DNA from: Mobula birostris
Taxonomy: Eukaryota
Length of the DNA: 64,000 nt
Assembly (NCBI RefSeq): GCF_030028105.1
Contig: NC_092395.1
Location: 33,014,424 to 33,078,423, forward strand
Direction of reading: 5' to 3'
Below, piece by piece: positions 24,453 through 37,238 of the stretch (position 1 is its first letter; each line of letters opens with the position of its first letter). Below the pieces are notes generated by a model. That model was given only the letters and a program-made list of their open reading frames with translations, searched no databases and was not told the DNA's origin. A program made the position numbers and the translations under genes.

Positions 24453-25095
24453 ATCTTTTTTTAAATTATTATTATCTAAAATTTACAAGAGTACAATGTC
24501 TCAAGGAAAAAAAACATTATTATAAAGATTGAAAAAATTTTTGGTGATGGAAAAAAAAGGAAAAAAACCCTACTGAGCAAGAAAAAGTGAGGAAAAAAAA
24601 CCATTAGGTGTTCAACCCCGGAGCCATGCATCATACAAAAGCTTCTAAAGATAAACATCAAACCGCCAGCAAAAAAAAGAATTGTACCAAAAATTTACAA
24701 TTAGATCGTGGAGGAAATCTATCAATTAACTCAAATGATAATAACTAGCAAATGAACCCCATCTTTTCTCAAAATCAAACATAGGTTCAAAGGTTCGACT
24801 TCTAACTTTCTCCAAACTAAGACGTAGCATCACTTGAGAGAGCCATTGTGACAAAGTGGGAGCCAATGTATCCTTCCACTTCAACAAAATGGCCCTCCTA
24901 GCCTATCAATATAACAAATGCAATAACATGTTGGTCAGACAAAGAAATACCATGGATATTTTGAGGAATTATTCCAAAAAGCACAGTTAATTTGTTAGGT
25001 TGTAAATTAATTTTAAGTACTTTAGAAATTGTTGAAAAAACTGACTTCCAGAACTGTTCCAGTATAGAACAAGACCAAAACATGTGCTTTTTCAT
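24453..25095 (-). mobile_element. L1-clade LINE 3' fragment with A-rich tail
   Basis: Minus strand HMFWSC..LEQFWKSVF...ARRAILLKWKDTLAPTLSQWLSQVMLRLSLEKVR...EKRWGSF, a fish-type L1 ORF2 end. T-run at about 24455. Confidence 0.88.
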
Positions 25096-25099
25096 TTTC

Positions 25100-25262
25100 T
25101 GTTTTTTCCCCACTACTTGTTTTAACTGAACTATTTAATAGACATATATATACTTAATGTAATTCAGTTTTTTCTCTATATTTATTGTGTATTGCATTGT
25201 ACTGCTGCCATAAAGTTAACAAATTTCCCGACTTATGTCGGAAATATCAAATCTGATTCTGA
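25100..25262 (+). mobile_element. Isolated Rex1/Babar 3' tail
   Basis: tattgcattgtactgctgccataaagttaacaaatttc...aaatctgattctgat. Confidence 0.8.
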
Positions 25263-25699
25263 TGCTGTTATTCATAGTTAACCAGGGAATGTGATAGATT
25301 AAACTCATTACTACTGATTTTACTTGGATAGAAGAAAGTTCATCCTGAACATACAGTTCAATTGGGAATTTTCTTCTTTCGATAGTAGAAAATTTCAGTT
25401 GGTTAGTCAGGTGTGCTAAAGCTTGTATAAATTAATATCCGGGAATAAGAGGACAATAAGACTTTGGTTTAGTTCTAACTATGTACTAATAATACTTACT
25501 ACCTATTAATTCTTCCGTATTTTAACTTGTTTTTTTATTGATGCGGGAGTTAATTCCGGCATTAGATACTTTTAGGTATTTGTTTGATACTTAACCAGTA
25601 GCTAGCTGTTGCTCACAACAGCTTGTGTGTCCCTTAGAATCTAAAGATCTTAAATAAAGGAGCATCTAATGATTAAGTGCCATCTATTCTACTTACCGA

Positions 25700-28145
25700 G
25701 AGAGTTCTCGCTGATCCGGACTGCAGTTTACAAACCACCAAAGGAAAGCTGTAAACGTACTAAGTGCTGCGATCTGCAAACAAGAAACAGCCTACACTGA
25801 AGCCTTTCAGATCATTGCTGGGGGCTTGCTTGAAGAAATCCCTGCCTAATTATCCTGCAGTACCAGGAGTCCCAACGCAGTTGACCACTGCTACACTAAT
25901 GAAAGGAATGCCTACTGTTCCATGTCTAGACTATATTTTGGAAAATACGATCATCTGGCTGTCCTCCCCTACCTGCGTACAGGCAGAGGTTATAGAGCAA
26001 GTAAGGACAACAAAAAGGTAGTTGCGGGAGGCAGAGAAGCGGCAACTGCTTCGAGTCAATGGACTGGACCATGTTCGAAGATTCATCAGAGGATATGACT
26101 AAATAAACCATGGCTATCACAGACTTTATAGAGTCCGTTGTAGATGAGTGTCCCCACAAGGTCATTCAGTGTCTTCCCCAATCAGAAGCCCTGGATGAAC
26201 CAAGAGATCCATAATCTGCTGAGGACCAGATCAGTGGCGTTCAAGTCTGGTGACCAAGTAAAATAAAAGTCGTTCAGATGCAACCTCCGGAAAGCCATCT
26301 CACATGTGAAGTGGCTATTATGGACCAAACTAGAATCACAGAAGGATGCTCAACAGCTGTGGTAGGGTTTGAATGCTATCACCTCCTACAGTGTAAAACC
26401 AAGTGACATATGTGACAACAAGATTTTGCACCCTTTTATACTCACTTTTTTTAAATTGAGATACTGAACAGAACAGGCCCTTTGAACTGTGCCGCCTAGC
26501 AACCCCTGATATAATCCTAGCTTAATCATGAGACAATTTACACTGACCAATTCATCTACCAAGCGATCATGAACAGAATGTACAAAGTCTTTAAAGGCAG
26601 CAGCAGGAATTGAATCTCAGTGGCTGGTACTGTAAAGTGTTGTGCTAACCACTACATGGCCATACCACCCTTTTGACTGAAAAAATATGGAGGCACCTTC
26701 ACAAACTCCCACAGCCTTCAACGACCCTGTGATTTCAGTCTCTGAGGCCAACATGAGAGCATCCTTCAGAAGTGTGAACTCACAGAAATCATCTGGCCCA
26801 GTTAGGAAACCTGGCCAGATACTGAAGACTTGTGCTGATCAATTGGCTAAGGTGTTCAGTTTACTGATAACTTTTAACCTCTTGCTTCTTAGAAGCTTGA
26901 GGTACCCACCAACTTCAAGCAGGCTTCAGTTATGCCAGTTCCCAAGAATAAAGTGGTAATCTGCCTCAGTGATTATCATCCAGTAGCACTTACCTCCACT
27001 GTGATGAAGTGCTTTGAGAGGTTGGTGATGAAACATACCCACTCCTGCCTGAACAGTGACTTGGATTCATTCCAGTTTGCTTACCGTCACAACAGGTCCA
27101 CAGCAGGTACCACTTCATTGTTCTTCACTCAACCCTGGAACATCTAGGCAGTGACGATGCATGCATCAGGATGTTCTTCGTTGTCTACAGCTCTGCATTC
27201 AATAATATTATCCTTTCAAATCTAATCAATAAACTCCAAGACCTAGGCCTCAATACCTCCTTGTGCAGCTGGAACCACAGTTTCCTCACTTGCAGACCCC
27301 ATCAGTTCAATTGGTAACAGCATCTCTTTCACAATCATCACTAGCACTGGTGTACCACAAGGCTGTGTGGTTAGCCCCTCTGCTCTACTCACTTTACACT
27401 TAAGGCACAGCTCTATTGTCACATTTAGGTTTGCGGGCAACACCGCTATCGTTGGCCGAATCAAAGGTGCTAACGAATCAGCATATAGGAGGGATATTGA
27501 AAATCTTGCTGAATGGTGCAACAGCAACAATCTATCACTCAATGTCAACAAAATGAAAGAGTTGATTATTGACTACAGGAGGAGGAAAATGGATTGCATT
27601 ACAGACTGGATTAGAAATATCAAAGCCTACAGAAAGTAGTGAATATGGCCCACTCCATCACTCCACACCCAACAAGAACCGCTGTTGCAGGAAAGCACCA
27701 TCTGTCATTTGAGATCCCCGCCATCTCGGCCATGTTCTGTTCTCACTGATGCTATTCGGAAGGAGGTACAAGAGCCTTAGGACCTACACCATGAAATTCA
27801 GGAACATTTACTACCTCTCTACCATTAGGCTTTTGAACCAGAGGAGATGACTTCACTCACCTCAACACTGAAGTGTTCCCATAATCTATGGCCTCATTTC
27901 ATTTCATTTCCTGTTCTTGATATTTATTGCTTATATATTTATTTTTTGTTTTTTGTTCTTTTTGTACAGTACTTGCATTTTGTTGTCTTTTGCGCATTGG
28001 TGGTTTGTCTATCTTGTTGTGTGTGGTTTTTCATTGCTTATATTGTGCTTCTTTTATTCACTGTGAATGCCCATAAGAAAATGAATCCAGGGCTGTATAT
28101 TTTGACATATATGTACTTGGATAATAAATTTTCTTTGAAATTTGA
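25700..28145 (+). mobile_element. Degenerate Rex1/Babar LINE, from the endonuclease end through RT to the tail
   Basis: KTCADQLAKVF, PVPKNKVVICLSDYHPVALTSTVMKCFERLV, FAGNTAIVGRIKG...WCNSNNLSLNVNKMKELIIDYRR; tail ctttgaaatttgaa. Confidence 0.88.
26455..26670 (-). mobile_element. SINE nested inside the Rex LINE
   Basis: Reverse SINE (gagatactgaacagaacaggccc...ggaattgaatctc...gctaaccactac). Rex sequence resumes at ttttgac...atggaggcacc. Confidence 0.75.
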
Positions 28146-28324
28146 AAGTTCACCTGCATCATCCAGAATCATGTATATAATCGCACGAAGTGAGGCTTAA
28201 CCAGAATATGTTATTGCAAGTTTAATCTTCCTCACACTTCTCTAGTCGTGAGACAAAATGATTAATAATCTCATCATGTGAAAATTAAAAGGCATATTAT
28301 TCTGCTGTCGAGAGTGCATGTAAA

Positions 28325-28550
28325 CCAGAGATTATGGAAACTCTTACCCTCGGATCTTGGGAACCATCCATTCTATCCCCACTTTATCCTGGCATATTAG
28401 TATCTGATAAGTTTCAATGAGATCACCTTCATCGTTCTGAGCTTCACTGAGTACAGGCCCAGAAATATAAAGCACTTTTCATATATTCATTCTTTCATTC
28501 CTGAAGTTATTCTTGTGAACGACCTCTGGATCCTTTCCAGGCCAGCACAT
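28325..28550 (-). mobile_element. Degenerate CR1 fragment
   Basis: gtttcaatgagatcaccttcatcgttctgagcttcactgagtacaggccc is the reverse of the LFSLE.RR.RGDLIE region. Confidence 0.65.
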
Positions 28551-30649
28551 GGGTTCTGTTTACATTTGACACATCCCAGTGAAGCATTTCTAGCCTTTCT
28601 ACATCAAGAAGGTGAAAATCTTAAATGTAGCAACTGATCATGTAATTTTTATTCCATGCATTGGAATGATTTTAGTTTATCTCATTGCAGAATTAAAAAA
28701 TAGATTTAATATGAATGGAAAACAACACCAATTTTTGCCAGATTGCTCCTATTTTCCTTGGCTTCCTATTCATATCATTTGCCAAATGCTCCTCCATTTT
28801 ACTGTAGGGATGGTCTTCACAGCTGAACTTGTATAAACTTGGGTTCAAGACATTTTCCAATAGTCATCTGAAATTTAGTGAGCTATCTCCCTAACCCAAT
28901 GTGCCACCTTCAGTAATTAACATGGCCTGTGATAAGATCATTTAATTGATTGAGACTGTACTGTTTAAGTATTTATGATGTTTCATGTTACTTTTGTGAA
29001 GGTCCTGAAGCTGCCACAATAATACAAAAGGCAAATGATGGAAGTGAGAAGTGAATATATATAAAGCTGAAAATACTTGGGTCAGGTAGATTTGTGGAGG
29101 AAAAAATTTATTTTTTCATCGCACTGTTCTCTCATCAGAACTCGTTAAAAGAACTGAATGTTTAAAAAGTCCTTTCAATCTGATTGAATCAGTATTTAAT
29201 AGTGTTAACTGCTCATGTGTACGTAATGTACTAGATGTTGAGATGTAGAAAACTGAGGGGGAAAAGTAAGTAACATTTAAAAAAATCAAACTAAAGTGCC
29301 TCCGCTAATTTAGCTAGTAAGGCAATGAATACCTAATCTATATAAATCACTATTCATAAAATCAGCATTTTTGGGGGCAGTTTATTTAGAAATTTTAGGT
29401 ATTAGATATTTCATCAGAATTCTTGAAACAGATTCTATCTTTCTTAAAATCTAAATTTCACCAGTACCATTCAAAGTTATGTACATCAAGACATAAAGAG
29501 CACAGTGATACATCATTGTAAACTTACCCTTCCCCTTGCCGCCACCAATCTTTTGAGGATTATATTTAATATTAACATCTAGGTCATGAAGTATTGATTT
29601 TTGGTTTTTTCTTCACAAATTATATGTCTACAGTGTTCACCAAACAACTGCTCAATTCTACATTTATTTTATATTCACATGAAATTCTTGGATTTTTTTG
29701 TTCACTGAAATAGTTTGGGGAGTGAGGGAAAGTTGGCTTTAGGAACAAGTATTTTCATAAACATTATTTAAATTGCATTGGTAAGATGCTGAAGTCTATG
29801 CTTTGATGTCATTTCTCAAAAAGCAAAGTGTTAGGCTGCCCAATTGAGAAGAAAATGAGCATGGGTTATTCATTAGGGGTCTGTTTCCTTGGTGGTGGAC
29901 ATTGGTCCATTGTATGTTAGAAGAGAAACTTACTTTGTTAGTCCTACTTTTAAGCAAGAGCTGCCAGGACAGACAAAAAGCTAGGACATTCCTCTCTAAA
30001 ACATCTTAACAGTTTGCTTATTTGGGTCCTTTTGAAAAGAATGTATTAATATACAAAAGGCCACATTCAAATTTATATTTTGTTACATTTTAGATTATAC
30101 TATCCAGATCCACAGCAATGCCCTCTTAAATGACCCAGTAAATCATTTAGTTAGGTGTGGTAAGGAATTGGAGAAGCAAATTCTCAGCAATACTGGACTT
30201 CACTGCTATACTTAATGTAGATTCCAGCAACAGAGCACAGTGGCACTCAGTACCATGTTGTACATGTCACTCAGTAAACCTGAGAAAATCAGGAGATAAG
30301 ACAAAAAGTAATTGGACTGATTGATAACAACCTAGGCAATGGATTTGACTGCATAAAAATCTATCCCAATAATGTGAATATTACTGGGGATATCCACAGG
30401 TTAGTCAAGCAGTGGTTGAATAACATTGCAATAAACAAAATCAGATGTTGCAGTTTTGTCCTTGGACACTTCCAAAACAATCTCAGGCTACAGATGTCCC
30501 ATTGTCAAGACAGGCTACAACCCTCATTTATGTGAGATCTTGTGAAGTCCTGTTGGTCTGCTCAAAGTTGAACAAGTTGCAGGAAGGTTGCCTCCTCACC
30601 ACCCTACTTTTGCCTCTGTCCACTCATGACTCAGTAACCTGATTCTTCT

Positions 30650-31262
30650 CTAATTCCATTGGCAAGTTTGCAGATGATACCACCATAGTGGGCTGTACAG
30701 GAAGGAGGTAGGGAGCTTAGTAACATGGTGTCATGACAACAACCTTTCTTCAATGTCAACAAAACAAAATTAATTTCAGAAAGGGGGTAGTGAACGTGTT
30801 TCTGTCTACATCAACAGTGCTGAGGTTCAGAATGATGAGAGCTTCAAATTCCTAAACGCCTGTTCTGGTCCAATCATGTAAACACCATGGCCGAGAAAGT
30901 GCACCAAACCCTCTACTCCTCCAGGAAGCTAAAGAAATTTAGTATGTCCCTGTTGACCTTTGGCAATATTTATCGATGTGCCATGGAAAATATCCTATCT
31001 GGATGCGTTGCTGCTTGGCACGGCAGCTGCTCTGTACGTGACTGCAAGAAACTGCAGAGTTTTGGACGCAGCTCAGCATGTCAAGGAAATCAGCTCCCCA
31101 CCCATAAACTCTTTCTATTCTTTTCACTGCTTCTGCAAAGCAACAAACATTATCAAAGACCCAACACATCCTGGACATCTCTCCGCTCTTCTTTCAGGCA
31201 GAAATTACAAAAAGCCTGAAAGCACATACCACCAGGTTCAAGGACAGCTGCTACCCTGAAGA
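30650..31262 (+). mobile_element. Degenerate Rex1/Babar LINE 3' fragment
   Basis: KFADDTTIVG (ggcaagtttgcagatgataccaccatagtgggc), ENILSGCVAAWHGSCS and LSGRNYK. Confidence 0.8.
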
Positions 31263-31264
31263 CT

Positions 31265-31425
31265 ATTAAGGGCTTGGGAGCAAGAATTAGAGGGCATAGG
31301 TTTATTGTGAAAATTGAGAGATTTAATAGAAACTGGAAGGGCAACCTTTTCTCCCAGAAGATGGTCCATATAGAATACATGCTGCCAGGCAAAGTGGCTG
31401 AGGCAGGTACATTAGCAAGAGCTGT
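31265..31425 (+). mobile_element. CR1 fragment
   Basis: RIRGHRFIVKIERFNRNWKGNLFSQKMVHI..LPGKVAEAGT. Confidence 0.75.
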
Positions 31426-31439
31426 GGATGAAGCAGGAG

Positions 31440-33047
31440 GTACGTCGTCTGCTGAAGGCTAGATCTGTGGCATTCAAGTCTGGCAACCCAGGCCTGTACC
31501 AGAAAACCAGGTATGATTTGCAGAGGGCTATTTCAAGGGTGAAGAGACAATTTCGAACAAGGTTGGAGACGATATCAGATGCACGGTAACTCTGGCAGGG
31601 TCTGCATGACATTACTTCCTACAAAGCCAAACCCAATAGTATGAATGGCAGTGATGCTTCACTACCAGATGAACTCAACGCCTTCTATACATGCTTTGAA
31701 AGGGAGAACACAACTACAGCTGTGAAGATCCCTGCTGCACCTGATGACCCTGTGATCTGTCTCAGAGGCCGATGTTAGTCTGTCTTAAAAGTGAATGAAC
31801 CCTCGCCAGGCAGAAGGTCCTGATGGAGTACCTGGTAAGGCTCTGAAAACCTGTGCCAACCAACTAGCGGTAGTATTCAAGGACATTTTCAACCTCTCGG
31901 CTACGGGCAGAAGTTCCCACTTGCTTCAAAAAGGCAATAATTATGACTATCGCCTGGTAGCACTCACATTGACAGTGATGAAATGCTTTGAGAGGTTGCT
32001 TATGAGGAACTCCTGCCTCAGCAAGGACCTGGACTCATTGCAATTTGCCTAGCACCACAATTGGTCAACGGCAGACACAATCTCAATGGCTCTCCACGCG
32101 GCTTTAGATCACCTAGACAACACAAATACCTACGTCAGGATGCAGTTCATTGACTATAGCTTAGCATTTAATACCATCATTCCCACAATCCTGATTGAGA
32201 AGTTGCAGAACCTGGGCCTCTGTACCTCCCTCAGCAACTGGATCCTCCACTTCCTAACCAGAAGACCACAGTCTGTGTGAATTGGTGATAACATATCCTC
32301 CTTGCTGGTTGTCACCACTGGCGCATCTCGGGTGTGTGCTTAGCCCACTGCTCTGCTCTCTGTATATGCATGACTGTGTGGCTAGGTATAGATCAAATAC
32401 CATCTACAAATTTGCTGACCATACAACCATTGTTGGTAGAATCTCAGGTGGTGACGAGAGGGCGTACAGGAGTGAGATGTGCCACCTAGTGGAATGGTGC
32501 CACAGCAACAACCTGGCACTCAACGTTAGTAAGACGAATGAGCTGATTGTGGACTTCAGGAAGGGCAAGACGAAGGAACACATACCAATCCTTATTGAGG
32601 GATCAGAAGTGGAGAGAGTGAGCAGCTTCAAGTTCCTGGATGTCAAGATCTCTGAGGATCTTACCTGGTCCCAACATATTGATGTAGTCATAAAGAAGGC
32701 AAGACAGCGGTTATACTTTATTAGGAGTTTGAAGAGATTTGGCATGTCAACAAATACACTCAAAAACTTCTCTAGTTGTACCGTGGAGAGCATTCTGACA
32801 GGCTGCATCACTGTCTGGTATGGAGGGGCTACTGCACAGGTCCGAAAGAAGCTGTAGTAGGTTTGCACATTTAAAAAAAATCTATTCAATATACATAATT
32901 GATTTACTTGTTTATTTATTATTATGTTTTTGTTTTTATTTATTTTTTTCTCTCCCTGCTAGTTTATGTATTGCATTGAACTGCTGCTGCTAAGTTAACA
33001 GATTTCATGTCACATGCTGGTGATAATAAACCTGATTATGATTCTGA
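31440..33047 (+). mobile_element. Rex1/Babar LINE, same subfamily as 9575-11353 but opposite orientation
   Basis: [59 protein letters not shown] and FKFLDVKISEDLTWSQHI; tail aaacctgattatgattctga. Confidence 0.93.
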
Positions 33048-33049
33048 CA

Positions 33050-33530
33050 TCGAAACAGCACTTGGACAGATACATGGATAGGCAGGATTTAAAGAGATAT
33101 GGATAAATGCCACTAGTTTAGATGAGTATCTTGGTCTACATGGACCAGTTGAGCTGAAGGGCCTAATTCCATGTTGTATGACTGACTGGAGAAGGTTGAA
33201 GAAGGATCTGATTGAGATATGCAAAATTCTGAGAGTCAAAGATGGTGTAGACAAAGAGAAACCTTCCCTCTTAACAGAAATGTCTTTAACCACAAAGGTA
33301 TAAACTAATACCTTTATGCTGGTGACTTGGGGAAGAATTTTTGACCTGAGATATCTAGAGCCCACTTCTGAGGTGTTGATGGAGATGGGCTTTCATGGCT
33401 ATGATGTATAGGTGAACATTTGAAATGCCATGATACTGAAGGCCAGAAAACTGGGACTAATGTAAATGGGTATTTGATGAATAGCATGAACACAATGGGC
33501 TAAAGGACTTGTTCCTGAATATATTCTGTA
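33050..33530 (+). mobile_element. Cluster of old CR1 3' fragments
   Basis: ggacagatacatggataggcagg...gagctgaagggcct tail, followed by gatctgattgagatatgcaaaatt and a second tail near 33495. Confidence 0.7.
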
Positions 33531-33804
33531 TTGTACGTCCCTTTGCTTTTATGACACCAATACTCTGAAGAAGAACAAGGAGGTCATTGAATGCAATGAG
33601 TGTGGGGACTTCTGTCACTAAGAAGGGTTCGGTCACACTATGGCTGACCAAGTCCTGAAACACATTGCTGCAGACAGAGTCTGTGGCAGATGGTGACTGA
33701 GCCAGCATCAGTGTAAGTCTATCTGACTTTATCCTCAACAGTCTAAATTTGTAGATGCATTTGTTCATGGGGGCATTGGCAGGAATGGCATTCACACTGA
33801 AATA

Positions 33805-34572
33805 TGTTACGTACCTCATGGGTATCTTGTGGCTGTCTTATGACCATGATGTAATGGTCTTGTGATGGTGGGGTGATATAATTTTTCCGCCAGTGTGAGG
33901 TCACGTGATGAATGTTCTCAACAGGTATATAATGGGAAACCCCTGTTGTTACGCAGCTGATTCGTTGTTTAATTCGTCGGTTACCTTGTTATGCTACGTA
34001 TTCGTCTCATGACGCAGTTTTGTTTTAAAGTGGAGTTTTACTTTCTATTGTAAGTCTAGTATTGGAGAGTGAAGACCTTACTAAAGTATGGGAACCTGAA
34101 GGATTGAATAAAGTTGGTGTCGTTCGGCGGTTTAATACAGGATCGACCTTATTGGATCTTTGTTCAGAAATAGAGGCCTGCATCTGAGATAACCCCTGTA
34201 AGATCAGGAAGGTTTGTGCAGTGTTCATATGCCAGGGGAAAGGTCAGTTTCTTTAAACCATTTTATTTCCTTCATCGTGAATCCTCTGGACAGAATCTGC
34301 AGTAACTTCATGTCTCTGAAGAACTCCGTTTCCAGAGAAATCTCTCCTTACTGACTGTGTAAATCACTCGGACTTTCGAATTTACCACTTTAAGACTGTG
34401 TTCAAATTTCCCAGTTTAAGAACTGTTCCAGAGTTGCCGTATAGCAGTTAACTTCTGGTTAAGTTAGTCGTTTAAATACTTCTCACTATTGTTGAGCAGA
34501 GTTTAATTAATGTTTATGTTTGTTTATAAAACCTGACTCAATTCTATATTCATTGTTGCTGGTCACGTGACA
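33805..34572 (+). mobile_element. Solo LTR (TG...CA), 768 bp, 4-bp TSD AATA
   Basis: TGTTAC at 33805, GTGACA ending at 34572, AATA on both flanks. TATA-like TATATAA at 33926 is also present in the 21018 copy; AATAAA at 34107. Confidence 0.88.
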
Positions 34573-36219
34573 AATAATATTACCATCATCCGGAAAGGGA
34601 TAGACTTGGAATGGATCTGGAGACTTAAAATTGGCCATACATGATGTGCTGTCTGCCATCAGCAATGGCAGAATAGTATTGCACTGTTTCACATGGTACA
34701 GCCTACACCTCACTTCACAATTAGCATCAGTCCAGGAGTTCAAACCTGGTTTAATGAAGTGTGTCGAAGGGCATACTAGGCAGCACCAGAGATATGTTGA
34801 AATGAATTGCTAAACTGGTTAATCTACAAATGCAGAACCTGAATAATACTGCATGGAACTAACTGATTCCAGAAAAGCCAGATCAGATCTAATGTCTGAA
34901 ATGTCTGTAGTCCAGTCACATCCAGTCATGAACAGTGGTGGACAATTAAACTGCAAACAAGAGGGGGAGGCTCCAACTACATCTAGTTTAAAGATAGCGA
35001 AGTCAATCAAATGAGTGCTGATCTGCTGAGTGACTAATCTGTTTCAGCTTCGAATTGAGGTGCGCACTGGTTACATAAGTGTCTGACATCACGATGCTCC
35101 AACAGATATCTGAGAAACTAATGGATGATTGTTTGGTTTACAGGGAAAGCCTACAAACTGTAACTGGTTATTCCAGACCCACTGATGTGGTTAGCTCTTA
35201 ACCACTCTTTGAAATTGTCTTGCAACCCATTGAGTTCAAGGGCAGCCATAAAGACTGTCCTAATCTGCCACATCCATATCCCATGATTGAATGAATTCTG
35301 AAAAATGATTTATCGTTTATCTTAGGGGTTTCTTGTGAAAGAGCAGTTATATGCACAACTTACAAAAGGGCAGTCAGAACTTACTGAGCTAAACCAGAAA
35401 GAATTAACATTTTTAGAAGAAGTAAAATGAAAGCTAACAATAGAAACTATAAAGAGCATTGGGTTTTCTAGATCATTAAATATTCAAGTGTTATGGTTGC
35501 AAACTCATTTAATACTGAGCTTTGGAGACTACAAAGAAGTTTTTTTTAAAAAATGATTTAGTTTTTGTCTTAAAATATCTGACTTTAATCAATAATTAAA
35601 TGTTAGCAGACTGCTTGTTTTTAATAATTAACTCAAAACTATATCCACAAATGTAGGTTTAATGCAAAAGACGGTCTCTTCCTGAAACATTTTTTCTTTT
35701 GGATGCTAACGAATATTTTTTGAAAAACTTTCTCAGTTCAGTGTTAGAAGATTGTCTAACATGTAGTTGGTAATATCAAAATGAAATAATATGTAATATT
35801 TCATACAAGGATAAATTTATTTTGAACCCCTAAAAGACTTATTAGTTTGGTGTATGTTTGTCCTTGCTCTTGCTTTAACTCCCTTGTTTTTCTGCTGACT
35901 TGCTCTTGCTCTTTTTCTTTTTATCAAACTTGATCTGGGATTTCCTTGTATTGATGCCAGCTCCCTGAATTGGGTTAATGTTTTCATTTAACAACATTGA
36001 CATCACTCTACCAATGGAAGGAATCATAATTTGCATTTGAGCAAAATTCAAGGAATTGCATTTATATTTTTATATAGGTACACATTTTCCACAAATTAAT
36101 GATGGTTAGTTCTATATACTGGTTTGATCCAAAGTATGTATAAATAAGGAATAGATTCACAGTGACTAATATTAAGTACTATCCATTTCATAATAACTCA
36201 TTATTGTATTTATTTCTAG

Positions 36220-36386
36220 GGCCAGTGACAAATGCCTTTCTGATGATTGCTTCAGCTAACATGTTTAACCCTGACTGCAGACCCAGCACAAGTCTCCCAA
36301 AATTTAGTAAACATGTACGCAGCTCTGAGATAACAGAAAATGAAGAAGGATGTGCTATAACCCTGTGTCTTCAGCATGGCCAGAAG
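36220..36386 (+). CDS. WDR18: WDR18 coding exon (probably equivalent to human exon 8), 167 nt
   Basis: Acceptor tatttctag|GG, donor AAG|gtatga. Reads GPVTNAFLMIASANMFNPDCRPSTSLPKFSKHVRSSEITENEEGCAITLCLQHGQK, matching the WDR18 pattern GPVTNA...RPS..LP.F.KH. Phase 1 start fits the upstream exon. Confidence 0.93.
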
Positions 36387-36660
36387 GTATGATTTTTACT
36401 GTGTTTTGTACCTTGATGCAAACATTCCTTAGTGATATTGCACAAAATTGGACTGACTGCTCCATTCCACTCCAGGCATTGTGCTTTTCATGTGGTACTT
36501 CTTCTGGAAAGAAAACCAGTAAGTTGATACTGGGTAGATTTTCTGCAGCCCGAAAAATAGAAATATCTTTCAATTTATTGAGATTTATTACAAAATGACA
36601 ATTAAACAGATTCACCTACACTAATTATATTACATGCCCTTAATGTAATGGAATAGTATA

Positions 36661-37177
36661 CAGTGCTGTGAGATGATCTTAGGCACATAGCAATATATAT
36701 AGCTAGGGTGCATAAGATTTCTGTGCAGTACTGTATTTGTCAAAATGGAGAGGAGTGAGAATTTGTAAATCTGGCAGGAGCAAAGGATGCTTGGAATGTC
36801 AAGGGTGGTACACTGCGGGGGGGGGGGGGGTGCAGGATAGGTGGCAGAGAAGGAGTGCCAGGGAAGGGGACTGGTGCAGGGACAGGTACATTCAACCCTG
36901 AGACACCTAGCAAGATCACTTGATTCCAAACAATTGGTCTATTGATCATTACAGAATGTCTTTCTGGTGCTTCCGGCTTCCTCCCTTCTTCTTTCCCCAA
37001 CCATGATTCTCCTGTCCCTGCCCCCTTCCCACTATCAATCCATGTCAAAGATCCATATCAGAAACAGGTTTATCATCACTCACACATATCATGAAATTAG
37101 TTTTTTTTTGCAGCAGTAGTACCATGCAATACATAAAATTACTACGGTACTGTACAAAAGTCTTACACCCTAGCTAC

Positions 37178-37209
<32 letters not shown>

Positions 37210-37238
37210 TATACGCCTAAGACTTTTGCCATGTACTG
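36661..37238. mobile_element. Composite non-autonomous Tc1-like element with palindromic end modules
   Basis: Modules 36661-36733 and 37145-37238 are each built from CAGTACTGTGCAAAAGTCTTAGGCAC-like inverted repeats; TA at 36659. The core includes a reversed Rex-type tail. The right module contains a (TA)n(CA)n microsatellite. Confidence 0.75.

Noticed and set aside
21018-34572. The two LTRs as ends of one 13.5-kb provirus
   Set aside because: They are inverted rather than direct, have different TSDs, and there is no gag/pol between them.
34715-35000. Possible old LINE ORF2 remnant (PWFNE-like, WWTIK-like)
   Set aside because: Too degraded to assign a family or boundaries by eye.
882-36219. 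Nested protein-coding gene, snoRNA or miRNA in the large intron
   Set aside because: No non-TE exon chain or recognisable RNA-gene motif found. Short exons or RNAs cannot be excluded without homology searches.
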